Shown piece after piece: positions 58,864 to 64,000 of a stretch of DNA of 64,000 nt; the stretch's first letter is position 1; each line of letters opens with the position of its first letter. A program made the position numbers and the translations under genes. The notes under the pieces were generated by a model that made no database searches, had not been told where the DNA came from, and saw nothing but the letters and a program-made list of their open reading frames with translations. The stretch covers positions 22,911 through 86,910 of the forward strand of contig DFRJ01000002.1 in assembly GCA_002378195.1 (NCBI GenBank), read 5' to 3'. Source of the stretch: Patescibacteria group bacterium UBA3466 (GTDB lineage Bacteria; Patescibacteriota; Minisyncoccia; Phycocordibacterales; UBA918).

Positions 58864-59865
58864 ATGAAACAGAATACAAAGCTCTACGAGACAGCAGCTG
58901 CTCTCTTAGCCCCTGGAAAGGGTATTTTAGCTGCAGATGAAAGTGATGGAACTGCCGGGAAGCGACTACAAATGGTCAATCTTCCTAATGAGCCAGAAAA
59001 TCGACAAGATTTTCGCGAGATTTTATTTACTGCCCCAGGTATTGAGGAGTATCTGTCAGGCGTAATTATGTATGATTCGTCGATTCGTAACACTACCGAT
59101 GACGGTATTCCGTTTGCGGATGTGCTAACCGCTCGAGGTATTGTGCCGGGTATTAAGGTTGACCTGGGTACTCGAGAACTTGAAGGTTTTAAGGGGGAAG
59201 TGGTCACTCAGGGTCTTGATAACCTGGCTGAACGCTTCAAGGAATACTACGACCTAGGCGCTAGGTTCGCGAAGTGGCGCATGGTGGTGACGATTGATGA
59301 GGACGAAACACCAACCGATGAGGCTTTGGTAGTGAACTCAATTATGATGGCACGTTATTCTCAGATTGCGCAAGCGGCCGGAATCGTGCCGATCGTTGAG
59401 CCTGAAGTAATTCATACTGGGGATCATTCACTCGAGAAAGCGGAGAAGGTGACTACTCGAGCGACTCAGATTCTGTTTAAAACTCTTATCGACTACAAGG
59501 TTGATATGCAAGGCTTGATTCTAAAGTCATCAATGGTATTAGCGGGGGACAAGCATCCAGAACAAACTCCAGCTGATGCGGTAGCAAACGCAACGATTCG
59601 TACTTTTCACATGAGTGTGCCGCATGACTGTGCTGGTATCGTGTTCTTGTCTGGCGGTCAAACCCCAGAGCGGTCCACTGAAAATCTAAATGCCATTGCT
59701 AAGCTCGGCGAGCAACCGTGGCCAATCACTTTCTCATTCTCACGAGCAATTGAAGAGCCAATGCTGAAAGCTTGGGATGGAAAGAAAGAAAACGAAGATA
59801 AAGCGAAGGAGGTTTTGCTTGAAGTTTGCAAAAACAACAGTAAAGCTAGTCTCGGACAGCTTTAG
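58864..59865 (+). CDS. Fructose-bisphosphate aldolase class I
   Basis: GKGILAADES, GIKVD.G, FAKWR, VPIVEPEV, LKSSMV, FLSGGQ, FSFSRA. Confidence 0.95.
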   Translation: MKQNTKLYETAAALLAPGKGILAADESDGTAGKRLQMVNLPNEPENRQDFREILFTAPGIEEYLSGVIMYDSSIRNTTDDGIPFADVLTARGIVPGIKVDLGTRELEGFKGEVVTQGLDNLAERFKEYYDLGARFAKWRMVVTIDEDETPTDEALVVNSIMMARYSQIAQAAGIVPIVEPEVIHTGDHSLEKAEKVTTRATQILFKTLIDYKVDMQGLILKSSMVLAGDKHPEQTPADAVANATIRTFHMSVPHDCAGIVFLSGGQTPERSTENLNAIAKLGEQPWPITFSFSRAIEEPMLKAWDGKKENEDKAKEVLLEVCKNNSKASLGQL

Positions 59866-59868
59866 GAG

Positions 59869-59905
59869 ATAAAAAGGCCGGCCCCGAAGGGGCCGGCCTT
59901 TTTAT
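59869..59905. terminator. Bidirectional terminator (GCCGGC family)
   Basis: ATAAAAAGGCCGGCCCC-GAA-GGGGCCGGCCTTTTTAT. Confidence 0.9.
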
Positions 59906-59947
59906 TCGACTTACAAGAAAAAACAAAAAGCCCTTGCGGGCTAATGT

Positions 59948-60127
59948 TTACTTTTTCTGTTTGTAGACCGTGTGCTTTTTAGCGATTGGGTTGAACTTAG
60001 TAGTTTCGTATCGCGCTCCAGGGTCCTTTTTGTTTTTGTTGTTGTATCGAGTGTAGTAAACATGACCTTTCCCGAGGCCATTTTCGTCGCCGACTGACAC
60101 CATCTTGATTAATAAATCCTGTGACAT
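59948..60127 (-). CDS. rpmG: 50S ribosomal protein bL33 (Cys-free form)
   Basis: IKM.S......GH.Y.T..N......KFNP..KKHT.YK.K. Confidence 0.85.
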   Translation of the reverse strand: MSQDLLIKMVSVGDENGLGKGHVYYTRYNNKNKKDPGARYETTKFNPIAKKHTVYKQKK

Positions 60128-60286
60128 ATTGGTCGAGATTCTAGCAAAACAGGCCATAAACGTCAATGTGTCAATTAGAAAATAACACTTTTTCACTATT
60201 CACTGCTAAAAATAGAGGATAGTGAAACAAGGTGTTATTATGACCTTAAGCTACCGTGTGTTACGCCTGCGGAGTGGTTAACTTAT

Positions 60287-61510
60287 ATGAGAGTACTGAC
60301 TTTTGGTTGGGAATTCCCACCGTCTAAAAACGGCGGTCTGGGTGTTGCTTGCTATGGATTAACTCAACAACTCATCAATAAAGGGATAGAGGTGATTTTT
60401 GTTTTGCCTAAAACCCAAGAAACTCGAGGAAACGCTCGGTTTGTTTTTGCAGACCAAGAAAGGCTACTTAAAATGGTTCATACCGATGTCACTCCTGGTC
60501 CTTATAATCAGGCAAAATCAACTGTTGATGTGATAGTTGGTTACGATAAGGCAGGCAACCCCATTGTTAAATCTCGCAGTATTCTAGAAGAAGCTCACCG
60601 CTTCGCGCACCACGCTTCTTTTATTGCTAAGGAAGAAGAGTTCGATGTCATTCATGCCCATGATTGGACATCCTATTTGGCTGGAGTGGCCGCTAAGCTA
60701 GCTAGTGGCAAACCTCTGATTCTGCATGTACACGCCACCTCCTTCGATCAGGCCGCTAGTGATAATGTTGATCCTTCTATCTATAAGATAGAAAAAGAAG
60801 CCTTTGATATGGCCGACAAAGTGGTAACAGTGAGTGGTTTTACTAAAGAGATATTGGTGAAAAAGCATCACGTTCCAGCCGAAAAGGTTGAGGTGGTGCA
60901 CAATGGATGCGATACAGAGGAGCCGATTTGGCACACCCCAGTGCTACAAAATCTAAAGAATCAGGGTAAGAAAATTATTCTCTATCATGGTCGCATTAGT
61001 ATTCAGAAAGGCGTTGACTACTTTGTGAAAGCTGCCCGACGCGTGGTCGATGTCGATCCTGATGTGGTGTTTGTGATTTCTGGTTGGGGTGACATGAAGA
61101 CCCAGGTGATAGACATGGTCGGGGAAATGGGTCTCTCAAAACACGTGCTGTTCGCTGGCGCATTATGGGAAGAAGACCGAGACCGTATGTATCAGACGGC
61201 CGACTTGGTCGTGATGCCATCCGTATCGGAGCCTTTTGGTCTTGTGCCGTTGGAAGCGTTGCAGCACGGGACTCCTTCTATAATCACCAAACAGTCAGGT
61301 GTGGCTGAAGTACTGACGCATGCTCTAAAGGTTGATTTTTGGGATGTGGACGAGATGGCTAATCAAATTGTCTCAAGTCTCAGGTACCCAGTTATTAGGC
61401 AACAGATGGTAAGAGAAGGAAAAGAACAGATGAAGGGTATGTCGTGGCAAAGAGCTGCCGATAAGGTCAGGCAGATTTATCAGAGTCTGTTACAATATGT
61501 AACAAGTTAG
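60287..61510 (+). CDS. GT4 glycosyltransferase (glycogen/alpha-glucan synthase-like)
   Basis: GWEFPP...GGLG, HAHDW, GR...QKG, PSVSEPFGLVPLEA. Confidence 0.92.
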   Translation: MRVLTFGWEFPPSKNGGLGVACYGLTQQLINKGIEVIFVLPKTQETRGNARFVFADQERLLKMVHTDVTPGPYNQAKSTVDVIVGYDKAGNPIVKSRSILEEAHRFAHHASFIAKEEEFDVIHAHDWTSYLAGVAAKLASGKPLILHVHATSFDQAASDNVDPSIYKIEKEAFDMADKVVTVSGFTKEILVKKHHVPAEKVEVVHNGCDTEEPIWHTPVLQNLKNQGKKIILYHGRISIQKGVDYFVKAARRVVDVDPDVVFVISGWGDMKTQVIDMVGEMGLSKHVLFAGALWEEDRDRMYQTADLVVMPSVSEPFGLVPLEALQHGTPSIITKQSGVAEVLTHALKVDFWDVDEMANQIVSSLRYPVIRQQMVREGKEQMKGMSWQRAADKVRQIYQSLLQYVTS

Positions 61511-61517
61511 TCGCATC

Positions 61518-62924
61518 ATGCTCACCGTTTGTCCTTATTTCCACGTTCATCAACCTTATCGAGTCAAACCTTATCGAGTGTTTGATATTGGAAGTGATGA
61601 TCAGTATTTTAATGACCAGAGCGGCACCGATTTGGACAATCGTTTCATTGTTGAAAAGGTGGCCGAAAAATCATATCGACCCACCAATAGGGTTTTGAAA
61701 GAGTTGCTTGATCGACATCCTGAGTTCCGGTTCAACTTGTCTTTCTCTGGTACGGTCTTAGATCAATTTGAAGCGTATGCTCCTGACGTACTCGAATCTT
61801 TTCAGGAGCTAGTGGCCACTGGTCGCGTAGAGATTTTGGCCGACACTTATCACCACTCTTTAGCTTTCTTCTACTCTGTCCCCGAATTCAAACGTCAGGT
61901 AGAAAAACACGAACGCAAGATTAAAAAACTCTTCGGGGTGAAGCCGCGGGTGTTTCGAAATACCGAGCTGTCGTATCGAAACGACCTAGCGAAGTGGTGT
62001 GAAGATAATGGGTATTTGGGTATCATGGCTGAGGGCTGGGATAAGTATTTGGGTTGGAGAAGTCCGAATTATCTGTACCGACCCGCCGGTTGCAAGAAGA
62101 TCAAGGTGCTTTTGAAGAATTACAAACTATCTGACGACATTGCTTTCAGGTTTGGAAACAAAGAATGGGATAGTTGGCCTCTAAACGCGGAAACCTATGC
62201 CGATTGGATACATTCTCATCACGGTGATGGTGAAACCGTAAACCTGTTCATGGACTATGAGAGTTTTGGTGAGCATCAATGGGAAGATACCGGTATTTTT
62301 GATTTTTTACGATCTTTACCAGAGATGTTGCTCCGTCACCCTGATACAGGTTTTAAAACCGCTACTGAAACTGTGCAGAGCTACGACGTGACCGGTGAGT
62401 ATGATGTACCAGATGTGCTGACTTGGGCTGACACTGACCGAGACCTGACTGCTTGGACTGGCAATGATATTCAACGCGATGCTCTGAATGCTATTTATTA
62501 TATGGAAAAAGATGTAATGGCTACCAAAAACCGCAGCATCATCGAAACCTGGCGCAAGTTGCAGACGTCAGACCACTTCTATTACATGTGTACCAAGTGG
62601 TCTAACGACGGCGATGTGCACGCTTACTTCAGTCCCTACCAATCCCCATATGATGCCTATATTGCCTTTATGAATGCGCTCAGTGATTTACAATTAAGGG
62701 TAAGCCAAGTGGTGGCTGAACGTAGAGAAAAAGAAGCTTCAACAGAGACTCCTCATGAGACCATGACCAGTGAAGAAGAGGTGGTAGAGACAGAGAACGT
62801 TGAAGAGTCTGTTCAGATTGAACAAAAAGTGAATCCCGTTAATCCTCCTTCGCCGCGTAAGTGGTGGCAAAAAATACTGGATTCAATCCCGTTCCTTAAA
62901 AGCCCTCAACAGGGAGAAGTATAG
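61518..62924 (+). CDS. Glycoside hydrolase family 57 (alpha-amylase-like)
   Basis: HVHQP, FRNTEL, LSDDIAFRF, FMDYE.FGEH, LQTSDHFYYM. Confidence 0.93.
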   Translation: MLTVCPYFHVHQPYRVKPYRVFDIGSDDQYFNDQSGTDLDNRFIVEKVAEKSYRPTNRVLKELLDRHPEFRFNLSFSGTVLDQFEAYAPDVLESFQELVATGRVEILADTYHHSLAFFYSVPEFKRQVEKHERKIKKLFGVKPRVFRNTELSYRNDLAKWCEDNGYLGIMAEGWDKYLGWRSPNYLYRPAGCKKIKVLLKNYKLSDDIAFRFGNKEWDSWPLNAETYADWIHSHHGDGETVNLFMDYESFGEHQWEDTGIFDFLRSLPEMLLRHPDTGFKTATETVQSYDVTGEYDVPDVLTWADTDRDLTAWTGNDIQRDALNAIYYMEKDVMATKNRSIIETWRKLQTSDHFYYMCTKWSNDGDVHAYFSPYQSPYDAYIAFMNALSDLQLRVSQVVAERREKEASTETPHETMTSEEEVVETENVEESVQIEQKVNPVNPPSPRKWWQKILDSIPFLKSPQQGEV

Positions 62925-62935
62925 TTCTTAAACAA

Positions 62936-63370
62936 ATGCCAACTAAAAAAACAACCAAAAAAACTGCCAAGAAGGCAGTAAAATCTAGTTCAAAGACTGG
63001 GCAGGCTAAAAAAACAACTGCTAAAAAGACGGTAAAGAAAACCGTCAAGAAAAGCACACCTAAGAAGACGGTGAAGAAAACTTCTAAAAATACCGCTGCA
63101 AAGCCGCTAGTTTTTGCTAGTAACAACACATCATTCTGGGTTAACGATGGTCAAATTTTAAATAGTCTAGTAGCACTCAGAGACGCGTTTGATGGTATGG
63201 ATAAGGCTGTATACGAATATCATGCTAAAGGAAACGACCAAAATGACTTTGCGAATTGGGTGGGGGTAGTTTTGTGCGACGGTGATTGTGCTGCCGCTCT
63301 AGAGAAAGCCAAGACACCGCGCTCCGCCAAGACAGTAGTAGTGAAGCACCTTAAGTACTACGCAATTTAG
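62936..63370 (+). CDS. Lys-rich histone-H1-like tail fused to a DUF5752-like domain
   Basis: KKTxKK repeats, then F...DG..L.SL..L......M....Y.YH......DFANW. Confidence 0.7.
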   Translation: MPTKKTTKKTAKKAVKSSSKTGQAKKTTAKKTVKKTVKKSTPKKTVKKTSKNTAAKPLVFASNNTSFWVNDGQILNSLVALRDAFDGMDKAVYEYHAKGNDQNDFANWVGVVLCDGDCAAALEKAKTPRSAKTVVVKHLKYYAI

Positions 63371-63374
63371 TTGT

Positions 63375-64000
63375 ATGGCTCGCTCTGTCACAATCGGTAA
63401 TGGAAATATGTTAGTTGGCCTTGACCTAAAGGGTCAGGTTCGTGATTTCTATTATCCGTTTGTGGGAGAGGCAAATCACGTTAGTGGAGCTAGTGGAAAT
63501 TTTGTTCACCGGATTGGAGTTTTTGTAGACGATCAAATTTCTTGGCTGGACGACCCGAGTTGGCGGGTGTCTTGTGGTCTAAATGAAGGAACTGGAATCG
63601 GATCTTTGTTTGCAGAGAATACTGGTATTGGTATTTCTATCAGTAGTCGAGATGTCGTCCATAATGAGCAAAATATTTTTTTACGACACTTTACCGTTCA
63701 TAATCACCACGACAAAACCCGAGAGGTAAAACTTTACCTGTCACAACAATTTAGAATTCATGAATCGCGTCGTGGCGATACTGGCTTTTATGATCCGAGA
63801 GTTAATGCTGTAATTCATTACAAGGGTGATACCACAATGTTGGTGAATGCGGTGTGTGCGGGACACGCTTTTCAGTCTTACAACATCGGTCTGTTTGGTA
63901 TTGAAGGGAAGGAGGGTACTTACCTAGATGCTGAGGATGGTAGGCTGGAAAAAAATCCAGTGGAACACGGCTCGGTTGATTCTGTGTTGGAATTATCATT
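63375..64000 (+). CDS. Glycoside hydrolase family 15 (glucoamylase-like), runs off the window end
   Basis: My translation begins MARSVTIGNGNMLVGLD..GQVRDFYYPFVG..NH; operonic with GT4 and GH57; catalytic domain lies outside the window. Confidence 0.75.
   Translation, partial: MARSVTIGNGNMLVGLDLKGQVRDFYYPFVGEANHVSGASGNFVHRIGVFVDDQISWLDDPSWRVSCGLNEGTGIGSLFAENTGIGISISSRDVVHNEQNIFLRHFTVHNHHDKTREVKLYLSQQFRIHESRRGDTGFYDPRVNAVIHYKGDTTMLVNAVCAGHAFQSYNIGLFGIEGKEGTYLDAEDGRLEKNPVEHGSVDSVLELS

Overview
This 64-kb window is core chromosome from a small-genome bacterium, most likely Patescibacteria/CPR (Parcubacteria-like). That assignment is inferred from the trimmed PheS/PheT, the short SMC, the NusB fusion, the pilin cluster and the GT4-GH57-GH15 operon. 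Genetic code 11 gives intact genes. Housekeeping genes dominate: pheST, gyrB, thrS, dnaE, rnhB, rpmF, nusB, rnc, smc, rnr, rpsP-khpA-trmD, rpoBC, dnaG-rpoD, prmC, rpmG and one tRNA-Thr. Single orphan genes are scattered between them. No prophage, transposase, integrase or CRISPR array is visible. The most interesting signals are: (1) a stand-alone, highly structured RNA of about 345 nt (875-1220) with its own promoter and terminator, matching no family I recognise; (2) a sortase next to a surface protein whose sorting motif and TM helix are followed by a large cytoplasmic domain resembling the clamp-loader lid and collar; (3) a T-box riboswitch on thrS with an ultra-short Stem I; (4) two translation-initiation regimes, with leaderless or SD-less core genes and Shine-Dalgarno-led orphans, and TGA stops only in orphans; (5) further candidate sRNAs and leaders, tRNA-3'-end repeats, small palindromic inserts and a shared GCCGGC terminator family; (6) an archaeal-type isopentenyl phosphate kinase convergent with a Nudix gene. 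All calls were made by eye from motifs; no searches or folding programs were run.
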